DNA of 64,000 nucleotides from positions 30,033 through 94,032 of IMG/VR virus record IMGVR_UViG_3300017499_000044; one strand, given 5' to 3'. Positions 40,229 to 50,840 of the stretch are shown here, piece after piece. A program made the translations under genes and the position numbers. Below the pieces are notes generated by a model. That model searched no databases. It was not told where the DNA came from and worked only from the letters and a program-made list of their open reading frames with translations. Numbering within the stretch: the first letter of the stretch is position 1; the number at the start of each line of letters is the position of its first letter. Source of the stretch: a virus. Lineage: Duplodnaviria > Caudoviricetes.

Positions 40229-40948
40229 TTAATTCTCATTTTCCTTAAGCTCGTCGGCATGACGGCTTATCCAGCTTCTGTGATTCGTCGTAAGCGTACA
40301 CACTCTCGCCCTCTCTTCGTCCTTGAAGTGATTTATGTATGCCGCAAATCCGCTGCTTTTTGGATTGTCGAGATCACACTGCAAATCGTGACCTATTATT
40401 ATCACCTTTGCCCTCGACCCAACTCTTGTCAGCGTCTTTTTGAGCTGAGACACCGTGTAATTCTGCGCCTCGTCAATGATAATCACGGCGTTGTCAAGAT
40501 TGGTTCCCCTTAAGAACGTGTCCGTAATACAAGTAATGTACCCTGTGCCATTCTTTTGATTAACCATGCTTTCATCGTTTATCGCCGCGTGCGGATTTAT
40601 CCCGCAGGTTATGAGTGCCTGATAGAATGCCTCGAAATACACAGAACTTTTCTCGGTTATCGTACCCGGCAGCCAGCCCTGCTTCCTCTCTCCGTATGGC
40701 GACATGATGTATATCAAATTATCAAATTCCCCATATTGGATAAGCAGATTAGCGACACCCACCGACGTGATTGTCTTGCCCGTTCCCGCTCTCGCATTAC
40801 AGAATACAATATCAACATTCGGATTCCATACGGCGTTGACAAACTCAAGCTGTTCCTCGTCAAGACGAAGACCGTAAAACGGATGCTCGTTTAATGTCAA
40901 GGGCTTTTCGCCGCGATATTCCTGCGCCGATTTTTTCTTAGCAGCCAT
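40229..40948 (-). CDS. phoH: PhoH-family ATPase
   Basis: AGTGKT, GWLPG, FLRGTNL, IIDEAQN, LTRVG, GHDLQCD. Confidence 0.9.
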   Translation of the reverse strand: MAAKKKSAQEYRGEKPLTLNEHPFYGLRLDEEQLEFVNAVWNPNVDIVFCNARAGTGKTITSVGVANLLIQYGEFDNLIYIMSPYGERKQGWLPGTITEKSSVYFEAFYQALITCGINPHAAINDESMVNQKNGTGYITCITDTFLRGTNLDNAVIIIDEAQNYTVSQLKKTLTRVGSRAKVIIIGHDLQCDLDNPKSSGFAAYINHFKDEERARVCTLTTNHRSWISRHADELKENEN

Positions 40949-40962
40949 AGACCTCTCCTCTC

Positions 40963-41607
40963 TTATATTACCTCGTCAATATCACAGTCGTCGCCTATGA
41001 TATAATCGACAAATCCTTTCTCCTTCGCTTCGTCGGCAAACATATACCACTCAACTCTGAGCTTGCTGTCGTATTCCTCGCCGGTAACTTTGCTTCTGGA
41101 TATGACGTAATCTTTGATGCGCCCTTCTACCTTTGTCTGGAATCTCATCTGATCCTGCGCCTTTGCTCCGGAGTTGTAGATAAAGTTGGAACCGTCGTGC
41201 ATGAGGAACTTTGCGTTCTTGGTTGCATATCTCTTATGCCCCGCCAAGCCTATCAAAAATCCCATGCTGTACTGATACCCGAGGTTTATCGTATAGATTG
41301 GAGTTTTACTTGCCATAATCGCATCGATTAACTTAAACCCGGGGTCTACCTGACCACCGTTCGACGTCACATACAGGAGTACCGGCTTGCGCTCGCTCGG
41401 CTCAATCCCCCTATCCTCTTTGTTAAACTGGAGAATGTGTCTCACTACATCAAATACCTCAAACTCGTCTATGTCGTCATCGACAAACAGCTTTCTCTGC
41501 TGCAAATCCTGAAGATGAAACAGGCTGTCGAGATCCGTTCCGTCAACAAGAGCTTCTCTTAGGTTTAGTTCAATACCGTAGTAATCTGCGTCCTGATTTT
41601 TATTCAT
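40963..41607 (-). CDS. clpP: ClpP-like serine protease
   Basis: TSNGG, YSMG catalytic Ser, FLMHDG, EAKEKGFVD. Confidence 0.85.
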   Translation of the reverse strand: MNKNQDADYYGIELNLREALVDGTDLDSLFHLQDLQQRKLFVDDDIDEFEVFDVVRHILQFNKEDRGIEPSERKPVLLYVTSNGGQVDPGFKLIDAIMASKTPIYTINLGYQYSMGFLIGLAGHKRYATKNAKFLMHDGSNFIYNSGAKAQDQMRFQTKVEGRIKDYVISRSKVTGEEYDSKLRVEWYMFADEAKEKGFVDYIIGDDCDIDEVI

Positions 41608-42133
41608 ATAATTCCTCCTTAATCCAGAGTCTGACCGTATCTGCCAGCTCGCTTAGTGTGCCGTCGTTACATATCCGGCAATCCGGCACCGCCGCATCCA
41701 TTGCGGTCTCGGAAATGTGCCGTTTCTGTTCGTCTGTGAGTTTACTTTCAAGATTTGGACGGTCTATCCTTACGTGCATCGTATCAAATCCGCCTTTCTT
41801 CATCACCTCGATTTCATTCGGAAATCTTGTGTCGGGAATTATCACATAATCCCAGCGACCGTTGAAGAATTTCAGCATCGATGCAAGAAAATCCGCCCAG
41901 AAGTTCGGGTCTTGACTTCTCACCAAATCCGTGCCCACATACTGAAGCAAACGTCTGCCCGCTTTGTCTTTCTCTCCGTCCCAATTGAAGAAGTGTTGGC
42001 ATACGAACTTAAGAACGTCCGCATAATGAGTGATTAAAACGCTCTTCCCATCCGACATAAGAAAACTTCGCATTATTTTTGCCGTCGAATCCTTGCCGCT
42101 CCCCGCCTTGCCGGAGATTAAAATAACCTTCAT
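41600..42133 (-). CDS. Deoxynucleoside monophosphate kinase-like
   Basis: SGKAGSGKD, RRLLQYVGTD, DTRFPNE, HISET. Confidence 0.85.
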   Translation of the reverse strand: MKVILISGKAGSGKDSTAKIMRSFLMSDGKSVLITHYADVLKFVCQHFFNWDGEKDKAGRRLLQYVGTDLVRSQDPNFWADFLASMLKFFNGRWDYVIIPDTRFPNEIEVMKKGGFDTMHVRIDRPNLESKLTDEQKRHISETAMDAAVPDCRICNDGTLSELADTVRLWIKEELYE

Positions 42134-42181
42134 TAAATTTACTCCTTTCTTGACCTATGTGTTGTCTAAAATAACAGCCGA

Positions 42182-42871
42182 CTACACCTCCTCCCTCTTG
42201 GGCATTCTGCCGCAGGATTTTTTCTCCGGACATCCGCCTAAGTACACGCACTTTGGCGACATCTGCGTGTCGATAATGTATTCCCATTCCGGAGAATACG
42301 CTTTTAGGGCATCGCATATATCTTGGAATAGCTCTCTGTATTCCCAATACGCGCGAGAGCACATTCTTTGGCGAGACATATCAATAAGATTCCTTAAATT
42401 CCTCTTATCAACAATCCTTGTCGCCATACCGAGAGGCAAAAGCATTGCGCTGTCCTCTCTCGGGATACCAAGCCGCTTAAGTCTTGTCAAGGCAAAGCGA
42501 ATAGCGCATATAGCGTCCTCGTAATAGCCCTTCGCCTTTGGGTCTTTGGCTATCGACGGAGGAGTTATGTATTTAAAACCCCGCTCGTAGTCGATATACC
42601 GTGTGCTTGCCTGAAGTCTTGTGGGCGCACCGCCTATATGCGTGTACCATTCTCGGATTACCCTCGCCGAATACCCGTCAAGAACAAGCTCTACGTTTAC
42701 GTACTCAAATGTTCTGCCGTGACCCGCTTCGATACAGCTCATACCCCTCTTGTAATTCTTGCCGTTATCGGCAATATCACCACCCCAGCATACGCCCGCT
42801 CGTTTGCCGATAAGCGTTATCGGATTAGGCGTTGTCTCCGGCAGAATCGTTACCTTGCCCAACGTAATCAT
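42182..42871 (-). CDS. thyX: FAD-dependent thymidylate synthase
   Basis: GHGRTFEY, QASTRY, LLPLG, NLRNLIDMSRQRMCSRAYWE. Confidence 0.88.
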   Translation of the reverse strand: MITLGKVTILPETTPNPITLIGKRAGVCWGGDIADNGKNYKRGMSCIEAGHGRTFEYVNVELVLDGYSARVIREWYTHIGGAPTRLQASTRYIDYERGFKYITPPSIAKDPKAKGYYEDAICAIRFALTRLKRLGIPREDSAMLLPLGMATRIVDKRNLRNLIDMSRQRMCSRAYWEYRELFQDICDALKAYSPEWEYIIDTQMSPKCVYLGGCPEKKSCGRMPKREEV

Positions 42872-43142
42872 CTCCCCTCAAAGCGTCATTATGTATTTCT
42901 TCCTCGTCCGCTATCTTGAGAGCCGCCTCAATCTCTTTTGTAGACGCAGGATTTATTAAAGGTATCTTGACACAGGCATCAATGATTTCCTCCATACATT
43001 TACAGCATAGATTTAAATTAAATATATTACCGTCATACTTTGTTCCGTATCCGAGATACCCAAAGATATGAAACTCCTCTTGCCTGTCCCAAAAGTCAAG
43101 CACCTTTCCGCATTTGTTACAAATGGTTCCTCTTCTTGTCAC
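42825..43142 (-). CDS. Small Cys-containing hypothetical phage protein
   Basis: CNKCG...GYGTKYDG...LCCKC. Confidence 0.6.
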   Translation of the reverse strand: MTRRGTICNKCGKVLDFWDRQEEFHIFGYLGYGTKYDGNIFNLNLCCKCMEEIIDACVKIPLINPASTKEIEAALKIADEEEIHNDALRGDDYVGQGNDSAGDNA

Positions 43143-43154
43143 TATATCACTCTC

Positions 43155-44519
43155 CTAACAAATCTTAAAATAATCCGTCATCTTAAAATACTGTCCCTCT
43201 CTGATAAAGTTTTTACAGAACACAATATCGCCTTTACGAATAGGGTCATTATTATAAACCTTATTTAAGACAGTAAACCTCGACTCCTTTCCGCTGCCTA
43301 TTGATTTTGTCAAAACAGAATATCCGAATTGCTTTCCGTCTTTCCTTCTGACAAGAGGATACACATCCGTCACATACAGCTTGCGCCTGTCCTCTTCCTT
43401 GCCGGAAACATATCCCGCATAGCCCATAACCTCGGCAAAATTCCTCACCTTTGTAAGGTCGCTTAAGTCATTCATATTCTGAGCCTTTATTAAATCCTCA
43501 CACTCTCTCATCACCGATGTTATATCCAGCAGCGTGCAGCTCTTCGCAACACTCCCTGACTTCGTAACACCGACGGAATATTTGGCAACAGCAGGCTCGA
43601 AAGGTGTTCCTTCAATCTTACTTCTGCTTATCTTCTTGGCTTGACCTCTCTTAAACATCTCGTAAAACATATCGGCGATTCTTAAAAGCTCCCGCTGATT
43701 CCCAAAATCTGAAAAGAAGTCGATCTTTATCAGTATATCAAGTTGATTCCTGTCCGTAGATGTCTTTGAATTAATATCGTCAAGCACATCAACGAATCTC
43801 GAATAGTTTTTCCCGTGAGCGAGAGCATATAATTCCTCGGCTAACCTCGCGCTTATGTATTTAACAGAAGATAATCCCTTGGCGATTATGTTTTTCTTCT
43901 TATCAAAGAAGTAATCGCTCTTAGACAATCCCCATTTAGGCATTGTAACTTTGATACCAACGCTTCCCGCATATTTCGTTCCGCTGTAAATATCTTCTTC
44001 ATTGGCGGCATTATTTAAAAACGAAGTGATAAATTCGATTGGATAATAATACCGGTAGTATGCGCATAAGTAGCCTAATAGGCAGTATGCGATTGAATGA
44101 TTTTTTCCGAACATATACGACGACGCGTCCTCGATGATCTGAAGGAACTCCCTTGCTTCCGCCTCCGCTTTCTCCTTTGGCTCGGCTGATCTCGCACAGT
44201 ATCCTTTTAGTATATCTGGCATGGCTTTATCCAATACCTCTCTCTTTTTTCTTGCAATCGCCCGCCTTATTCCGTCTGCAGCACTGCCGGATAATCCGCA
44301 TATCTGTTGGAGAAACGCTATTACATCTTCTTGATAGGTAAGAAATCCATTATTTTCCATAAGCAGATTATCAATGAGTTCTGACGGATTCTTATGTATT
44401 TTATGAGCCAGTAAATCATCTCTGTACGACGCTCCCGACGGTCTGATACAAGCCGTAACCAACGACATATCGAACACGCTTTGCGGAGCGAATTTCTTCA
44501 GTGAATGATAAGCGAAATC
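43155..44519 (-). CDS. dnaE: DNA polymerase III alpha, exon 3
   Basis: DFAYHSLKKF..., IRPSG, YQED, YMFGKNHSIAY, GLSSVK. Confidence 0.92.
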   Translation of the reverse strand, partial: DFAYHSLKKFAPQSVFDMSLVTACIRPSGASYRDDLLAHKIHKNPSELIDNLLMENNGFLTYQEDVIAFLQQICGLSGSAADGIRRAIARKKREVLDKAMPDILKGYCARSAEPKEKAEAEAREFLQIIEDASSYMFGKNHSIAYCLLGYLCAYYRYYYPIEFITSFLNNAANEEDIYSGTKYAGSVGIKVTMPKWGLSKSDYFFDKKKNIIAKGLSSVKYISARLAEELYALAHGKNYSRFVDVLDDINSKTSTDRNQLDILIKIDFFSDFGNQRELLRIADMFYEMFKRGQAKKISRSKIEGTPFEPAVAKYSVGVTKSGSVAKSCTLLDITSVMRECEDLIKAQNMNDLSDLTKVRNFAEVMGYAGYVSGKEEDRRKLYVTDVYPLVRRKDGKQFGYSVLTKSIGSGKESRFTVLNKVYNNDPIRKGDIVFCKNFIREGQYFKMTDYFKIC

Positions 44520-44776
44520 CTTTGACTATATCTTCATGGTTCCCATGCTTGGCGCTTCCAATTACGGACTTTCACCGCAATTGTACTCTACTAACCGTAC
44601 CGGCTTTCGATAGTCGATTGAGGTTTACATTCTTCAATGTACTTCCCACAGGATAACATTTCTGCTTCCCCTGTCAGCATATTGCCTCACGCCCATTTCC
44701 TGACGCTGCTGTGATCGCGCAATACACACCCTATATTTATAGGTTCACCAAGTTTAACGAGAGCAATTTGCTTCTT
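44520..44776 (-). ncRNA. Group I intron 2 in dnaE (257 nt, ORF-less, apparently no P9)
   Basis: P1 gagggU:Gcucuc; P3 cuuggug/cgccaag; P7 gacua/uaguc; ends AAGAUAUAGUCAAAG; splicing restores FQFEG|DFAY. Confidence 0.88.
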
Positions 44777-45389
44777 ACCCTCGAATTGAAAAAGTCCCAC
44801 GGGACTTTTAATCATATCCGCCCACACATTTTCATCGTTCCAATCTATTTCGTGCGTTCTCGGATAAGGCTTTCCCAAATACCTGCAGGTATCTCGTATG
44901 ACCTGCACCGTCTTTAAGATAAGAAAATCGTACTTTGCTAAGCCTGTGTAGTCATGAATGTTATCCATATCAAGCATCAGACAATTTTCCCCATCCTTAT
45001 CAAACACTCCGAAATTATCCGCAAGTGTTATCGGGCTTATCACCATTCCCGCCGGATGTATCGACTGGGATATTTTTGTATCAAGCAGACCGTCATAATA
45101 ATAAAAGAGTTCAGGATACCTCTTCTTCGTTATGTCGGGTGCATTTTCGAAATCCTTCTTAATCTTCGCAATATTCGTCAGCGACCACGGATTCCTCTCT
45201 TTTGGTGTCTGAGGATGCTTCGCGCTCCATTGCGAGGCGAGATGTCTGCCGACATCTTCGATAAGTTTCTTGGATTTCATTGTACCGAACGATGCTACCC
45301 TTGCCGTTTTGTCCGCACCGAACCTTTCGATTATGTGCTTGAAAATAGCAGGGCGGTCTGATTCGATACAGTCTATGTCGATGTCTCCG
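44777..45389 (-). CDS. dnaE: DNA polymerase III alpha, exon 2
   Basis: GDIDID catalytic motif, SIHPAG, KYDFLILK, GLFQFEG. Confidence 0.92.
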
Positions 45390-45774
45390 CAACATCGGTT
45401 TGACTCTTCTTAGCTATCATTGGGTCGCCAGCCCTTACATTATACATTAGAGTCTGCCGTAGATTTCTCTACGGATTGGACTATATCTTCACCTATTGGC
45501 GTTTGCTGCTTCCGCCGCCGGTGGCTTGCGGCGTACTCCCTCACGGGATAGTCTCTGAACCTTCCTCTGTTCGAGGCTTGGCTGCTGATTGCCCACTACA
45601 AAATACTTAGGATTTAACCGTATATTATCCATTCGCTTCTTTCTGCTTTCGCTGCCGTCACGCCTATCCTTATTTCATGATTACGTTGTGGCTCGAATGG
45701 CTTTAGGGTGTTCCAGCAATTCAACAAAATTATTTATACGCACTTATCATGCGCCGAGACCGGAGAATATCTTG
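45390..45774 (-). ncRNA. Group I intron 1 in dnaE (385 nt, ORF-less)
   Basis: P1 gagaU:Gucuc; P10 ucuccg/cggaga; AAUUGCUGGAA, AAUCAGCAG, CAGAGACUA, AAGAUAUAGUC; splicing restores RKEI|GDIDID. Confidence 0.92.
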
Positions 45775-46922
45775 ATCTCTTTTCTATCCTCATTGGCAAA
45801 TCTTGAGAATACCGTGTGCCATGTCTCCGGATTCAAATCAATAATATCCGTCACATACGCAACTCTCGATCCGCCCACCGAGCCTCTCGCCGTACCGATT
45901 GCAATTCCTTGCTCTCTGCACCAGCTGACAAGCTCGGACATGGACAGCATAAACCCATCCATCTGAAGCTTTCTGAACACGCGCATTTCTTCATCAATCG
46001 CTTCTCTAAACGCCTGTTCCTGCGATGCCGGAATAATTCCCGCGTCAAGCTTCTCTTTAAATTTTCTCTCAACCGTTTCCTCAAACTTCTCGGAATCGGC
46101 TTCCCTTGTTCCATACAATATCGGATACTTAATCGACGTGTCAAGCTCTATATCCTCGGTCATATCATAGAGCAAATTCGTATTCTCAATCGCCTGCATA
46201 TACTCCTCACGAGACAACGCACCCTGCGTCTCAAACATCTCGACAAGTTCGTCATATGTCTTATACGACAAATCAAAAGCGTCTTCATCTCCGTATGACT
46301 TATGCTTGGCTGACAGCAATGCCGCCCTGCATTCCGCTTTATACTTGCTTGAGCTGTGCGTGTCCGTTCCGGCGATAAGCGGCGTTCCTACTTTCCTCGA
46401 CAAACGGGCAAGCCGCTTATTAAACTCCACCTGCTCCGGATGATGATGAGGCTGAACCTCGAGGAAGTCATACTTCCTTGCCAATTCCATATACCTCGGA
46501 TGCGTGTCCGGCAGTTTATTTAAAGGAGATGCGAGACAAGCACTCGTTGATATTATGTTATTGGATATATTAAGAAACTCATCAAAGCTTATCCTGTTTG
46601 TGTAATAGAAATGCTCCGTATCACACGAACGGCTGACCAACTCGTTAAGCTCTCTCACTCCGTCCATATTCCTCGCCATCAGAACCGTGTGATAGTTATC
46701 TCTTACCTTCTCCTCAAGCGTCTCCGTTAAATAAATTTCAACAGAATGTATGTATCGTATACCCGCAGCCTTGCACGCCGCCCATTTCTCCGTCCAATTC
46801 AGAATTTTCCCGTGTTCGGAGAACGATATTGCTTTCGCTCCGTCTCTCACTGCCAAATCTATATACGCTTGCGGTTTATCGCAGCTGTCTAACAGGCTGT
46901 ATTCCGTATGGCAGTGATACAT
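45775..46922 (-). CDS. dnaE: DNA polymerase III alpha, exon 1 (PHP domain)
   Basis: HCHTEYSLLD, SEHG, SACL, GTDTH, ARGSVGGS. Spliced product 1041 aa. Confidence 0.93.
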
Positions 46923-46963
46923 AATGTAACTATTCGATTTAGAACAACTCCCTTCTTATATTA

Positions 46964-47947
46964 TCAGCTGTATTTCAGCCTTTGACTATACAGTATCTCA
47001 AACACCTCCTTTCCCTCATCAACCGGCGACTCCTTTTCGCTGAGCAAATCGGCTCTGTCCCACAAATATTCAACCTCCGTATACCTCGCAAGCTTTTTAA
47101 TATTATGGTCGTCTCTTACACGCACATCCTTATCTAAAGCAAGCACGGCGCGGATTCCCAGTGAGGCAATAAGCTTCAGCTGGCACATATTGAGATGGGA
47201 AGTCAACAATGCGCCGCAGTTTCTTATGCCCCACGAGTCCGCAAGAAGAACCGACTTGCAGCCCTCGAACAAAATTATCTCTTTCTTTTCAATAATATAA
47301 GGCAGGTTTTCAAAAAGACCGTAGATAACGTTCAAGGTTCCCCATCCTGAAAAGTAGCAGTACTTCTTCAGTCCTCTGCTCTTCCAGTCCGGTTCAAGCG
47401 TTCTTCCGCCTATGTTTACAATATCACCTCCGAGGTTTCTTATTGGATAAACGAGCCTGTTTGAGAAGCTGTCGTAGCTAACCTCAAACCTATCAAGCGA
47501 TTCCTTTGAAATCCCCTCTGCTTCCCACACGGCAAGCTTGTCAGGATTCCTCTCGAAGCGATTCATACAATCACTCGGGTAGGTTTTTGATTGGGACTGC
47601 TTTGCTTCCCGCTTCGGCGGCTTAAACTTCCTGCATGAGATGGCTGCGGGAAGTCTGCGCTTAGGCGAGGGGTGCGAGGCATCTTGCCCGACGTAGCGGG
47701 ACAAAATATCAACCGCTTCTTTGGTCGAACAGTCGTTATATTTTCTAACAAACGTGAACACATTCCCGCCTATGCCGCTGGAGAAATCATAGAACCGCCT
47801 CGTCTCTCTCCTCACGGAGAACGAAGGAGTAACCTCGTCTTTGAAAGGACTAAGCCCCCAGTACTCGCCGTTCTTTTCTTCCAACTCAACATACTGCGAT
47901 ATGTATTCAACAATATCAATAGCCTCAATCAGCTCCTCAAGCTCCAC
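46964..47947 (-). CDS. dnaG: DNA primase
   Basis: N-terminal ZBD-like segment (GLSPFKDEVTPSF), RLVYPIRN..GGR, TOPRIM FEG and LDKD. Confidence 0.9.
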   Translation of the reverse strand: MELEELIEAIDIVEYISQYVELEEKNGEYWGLSPFKDEVTPSFSVRRETRRFYDFSSGIGGNVFTFVRKYNDCSTKEAVDILSRYVGQDASHPSPKRRLPAAISCRKFKPPKREAKQSQSKTYPSDCMNRFERNPDKLAVWEAEGISKESLDRFEVSYDSFSNRLVYPIRNLGGDIVNIGGRTLEPDWKSRGLKKYCYFSGWGTLNVIYGLFENLPYIIEKKEIILFEGCKSVLLADSWGIRNCGALLTSHLNMCQLKLIASLGIRAVLALDKDVRVRDDHNIKKLARYTEVEYLWDRADLLSEKESPVDEGKEVFEILYSQRLKYS

Positions 47948-48005
47948 AAAATCACCTCCTGTAAATTATATAATTAACATGACAGTCTAAAAAAAATAAA
48001 CCATA

Positions 48006-48314
48006 TCAAAACGGAGTCTGTGGTATATGCTGCTTCGCTTCCTCGTACAAAATCTTGTTGCCGTCAAACCTCAAGTCAATATACTCTCCCGGAGCGTGCT
48101 GCATACCGTTTCTGTTAAGCAAAATCCTGAGCTTTTTATTACCGCATTCCGCACCGTCCGTTTCAATCTCGTCCTGTGTTTTGCTTTGGATAAGCGCAAT
48201 AGTACTTGCGTTTCTTCCTATTTTAGCAGAGTCGGCAACCTTGCCGACCGAAGTAGCCTGAGCCGCTCCGATTCCTGCGATTCCCATATCCCCGCAAATT
48301 TTATTCTTAACTAA
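48006..48314 (-). CDS. dnaB: Replicative helicase, exon 2
   Basis: LVKNKICGD...AAQA...ADSAKIGRNAS...LNRNG. Confidence 0.85.
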   Translation of the reverse strand, partial: LVKNKICGDMGIAGIGAAQATSVGKVADSAKIGRNASTIALIQSKTQDEIETDGAECGNKKLRILLNRNGMQHAPGEYIDLRFDGNKILYEEAKQHIPQTPF

Positions 48315-48638
48315 CCTTCGTGTTTGGCATACCGCCGCTGCGCGGCGCCTCTGTTTCCAGACTTCCTCTTTCAAGGAAGAGCAGACTATATCTTCATCTT
48401 AATTAAGATGCCTACCGCTTCGGACGCCAATCGCCTGCACCCTACTCTCCTTCGAGATAGTCGTTGAACGTTACCCTCATCAGGTCTTCGCTGCTGATTA
48501 CCCAATCCCCGTCGTTTTCAAACCGTTACCGTTTGAGCATATCTCATCTCTCCGTTTTGGAGACAAGGCTCTAAGGATTTCCCAGCAATTCAATAGGTTA
48601 TTCGACACACTTCACGGTGTGAAGGAACTTCGTTAGAA
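48315..48638 (-). ncRNA. Group I intron in dnaB (324 nt, ORF-less)
   Basis: AAUUGCUGGGAA, AAUCAGCAG, CAACGACUA, AAGAUAUAGUC; terminal G; splicing restores SLVD|LVKNKICG. Confidence 0.9.
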
Positions 48639-49658
48639 ATCCACAAGACTTCCCAGCTCTGCGTAACATCCCCATGCGTCACCGTCACCGGTGGACTTGA
48701 AATAGTCCACAATCAAAACATCAATTCCCTGCGTATGATACACCTTCTTGACCGTCGTATACAAACTCTGGCTGTCGAATATCGGCATATACAAATGCGT
48801 GTACCTCTTTTCTTTCATCCACGCTATCGCCTCGTCAATCTTCTTGCCTTCCTCATCCGTATACCGTCTTGAAGTCAGCCGCTTGTACTCTATACCTGTC
48901 AGGTGTGACAAAATCCTCGCTGTATGCAGTCTTGTATTCAGCTCCGAATCTATGTAAAGCACAGACATACCATGTTTTAATAAATCAATTGCGCAGTTTA
49001 AAAGCATCATCGACTTTCCCTGCTTGGCTTCCGCCGCAAAAATGAACAGCTCGCCCGGTTCTATCGTCGCATACTCATTAAGCGTCCTAAACTTGAACGG
49101 ATACCCCGCATAACCGTTGCGCTGTCTTTGCTGGATGTCATCCCAGCAGTCGTCAATAACATCCTTGTACTGCGGAATATCATTCGCCGTGGAATATTCC
49201 GTCATCACATCATCAATCGTGTTATAAATCTGCTGCTGAATGTTTTCCTTTGCTCCGCTGAAACATAAGCCCTCGCATTCCTTAAGCCTCTGGAGAGTGT
49301 CTCGCCTAAAAGCGTAGTCAAGCACCGTGCTTACAAGCATTTTATACTCTTCCGGCGTATGCCTCGCAAGCACATCACACATATCCATCAGCTCATTCAG
49401 CCTGTCAATCGTAATCTCCTCGGCAAACTTCCTCGTCGCCTCAGACGAGTTCAAAAACTCAATAATATTATACGGGTCAATCGTGCTTATGCCGCTCTTG
49501 GCAAGCCCCGTTATCGCCGTGTATACACAGGAGTTTGTCTTCTCGGTAAAGTGTCCCGGCAAAAGCTCCTCTGAATGAAACGAAAACTCTGGATGCCTGA
49601 TTAGCGTGGCAATAATTCCCGCTTCGCTGTCTAAGCTTCTCAATTCTTTAACGTTCAT
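48639..49658 (-). CDS. dnaB: Replicative helicase, exon 1
   Basis: SEAGII, Walker A AEAKQGKS, DSEL, LIVDY. Confidence 0.92.
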
Positions 49659-49659
49659 A

Positions 49660-50463
49660 TCAATACCTCCCTTCTCGTCTTTCTCTTCTTGCCTCAATAT
49701 CGTATTCGCAATGGTCGTTTACTCCGCAAATGTACGCACATCTGAAAAATTCTCTGTTTGGAGAGAACTCGTCTGTGTTTTCGATAGCATAAATGCAGTC
49801 AACTACCCATTGTTTAGCCTCTTCGTACTTTCCCTTGTCAAATTCCTCTTCGATAAACGTTCCCGCCTTGAAGCAGTTGAAGCACAACGCCTTTGGAGTG
49901 CGCCCATACTCCTGCTCAATCGCTGCGGAGTAGATGTAGAGCTGGCGGAGCATGGAATCAAGCTCCTTATCCTTGACCGTCGGCGGCTCTCTTCCGCTTC
50001 GAGGCTTTAAGTCTCTGGATTTATTGTCAACGATATATAACTCCCCGTCTCTCTCGCCTAAGTAATCTATGAAACCGAGAAAGTTATAATCGCCTATCTT
50101 AAAATCCACGCGCTTTTCCACGTCAATCATATTAAACGGAAACTCTTTAAAACCTCTGAGGTATTCCGCGCCTAAGTTGATGTACTTTTGAACCGTGCTT
50201 TCCTGCGGGCGGAAGCCTCTTACTTCTTTGGAGAAATCCGTAAGGAAAGTTACGAGCATTTCGCTCTTGGTAAGTTCTCCTCTGTAGAATCTCTCTATGA
50301 GCTTGTGCATAAACGACCCGTAGCTCGCATAGAACTTGTCCTTCTCCTCGTAATGCTTTATGTATTTCAAGAAAAACTTGTACGGGCAGTCGTTAAACGT
50401 CTCGATTCGTGAATAGCTCCACGTCATATCGTCAATCAGAGGCTTATAACACACCCCTCCCAT
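49660..50463 (-). CDS. PD-(D/E)XK exonuclease (AddB/Cas4-like)
   Basis: WSYSR...CP, GFID, IVDNKS, QLYIY, C-terminal Cys cluster. Confidence 0.85.
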   Translation of the reverse strand: MGGVCYKPLIDDMTWSYSRIETFNDCPYKFFLKYIKHYEEKDKFYASYGSFMHKLIERFYRGELTKSEMLVTFLTDFSKEVRGFRPQESTVQKYINLGAEYLRGFKEFPFNMIDVEKRVDFKIGDYNFLGFIDYLGERDGELYIVDNKSRDLKPRSGREPPTVKDKELDSMLRQLYIYSAAIEQEYGRTPKALCFNCFKAGTFIEEEFDKGKYEEAKQWVVDCIYAIENTDEFSPNREFFRCAYICGVNDHCEYDIEARRERREGRY

Positions 50464-50840
50464 CAGAACGGAAGCCTATCGTCAACCTCGCCGTCATCGA
50501 CCGAGACCTGCGGCTCCGTTACCGGCTGTTGGGCAGGCGTTTCCTCTTCGCCCCTTAGGCTGAAGCTGAAGCACTTGAAGTTTGTGTATGTCTTGTTCCT
50601 TTCCTTGACATAATTTGTTGTTACCTCAACATCACCCAACTTTATCCTGTCTCTCTCCTTTAGATTCGCCGCTTTCTTAGCCGCCGCTGTGCCGATGAAC
50701 GAGACGTAGCCCGAAAAATCCTGTACATACTCGCTTGTCGCCCTGTCCTTTCTGCTTGTGGATAACCTGACCACCGTAAGCGTGTCTGACTTGGGTTCAA
50801 CACCCCAACACGTAGCCCATGTGTCTTTCCTGAATCCCAT
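50463..50840 (-). CDS. ssb: Single-stranded DNA-binding protein
   Basis: OB-fold-like with acidic DDRLPF tail. Confidence 0.8.
   Translation of the reverse strand: MGFRKDTWATCWGVEPKSDTLTVVRLSTSRKDRATSEYVQDFSGYVSFIGTAAAKKAANLKERDRIKLGDVEVTTNYVKERNKTYTNFKCFSFSLRGEEETPAQQPVTEPQVSVDDGEVDDRLPF

Noticed and set aside
43155-49697. dnaE and dnaB as pseudogenes or split inteins
   Set aside because: The interruptions contain group I core elements and precise splicing restores continuous frames; no intein terminal motifs were seen.
49660-50463. Cas4 of a CRISPR system
   Set aside because: No array or other cas genes; it lies in an ERF-SSB-exonuclease recombination module.
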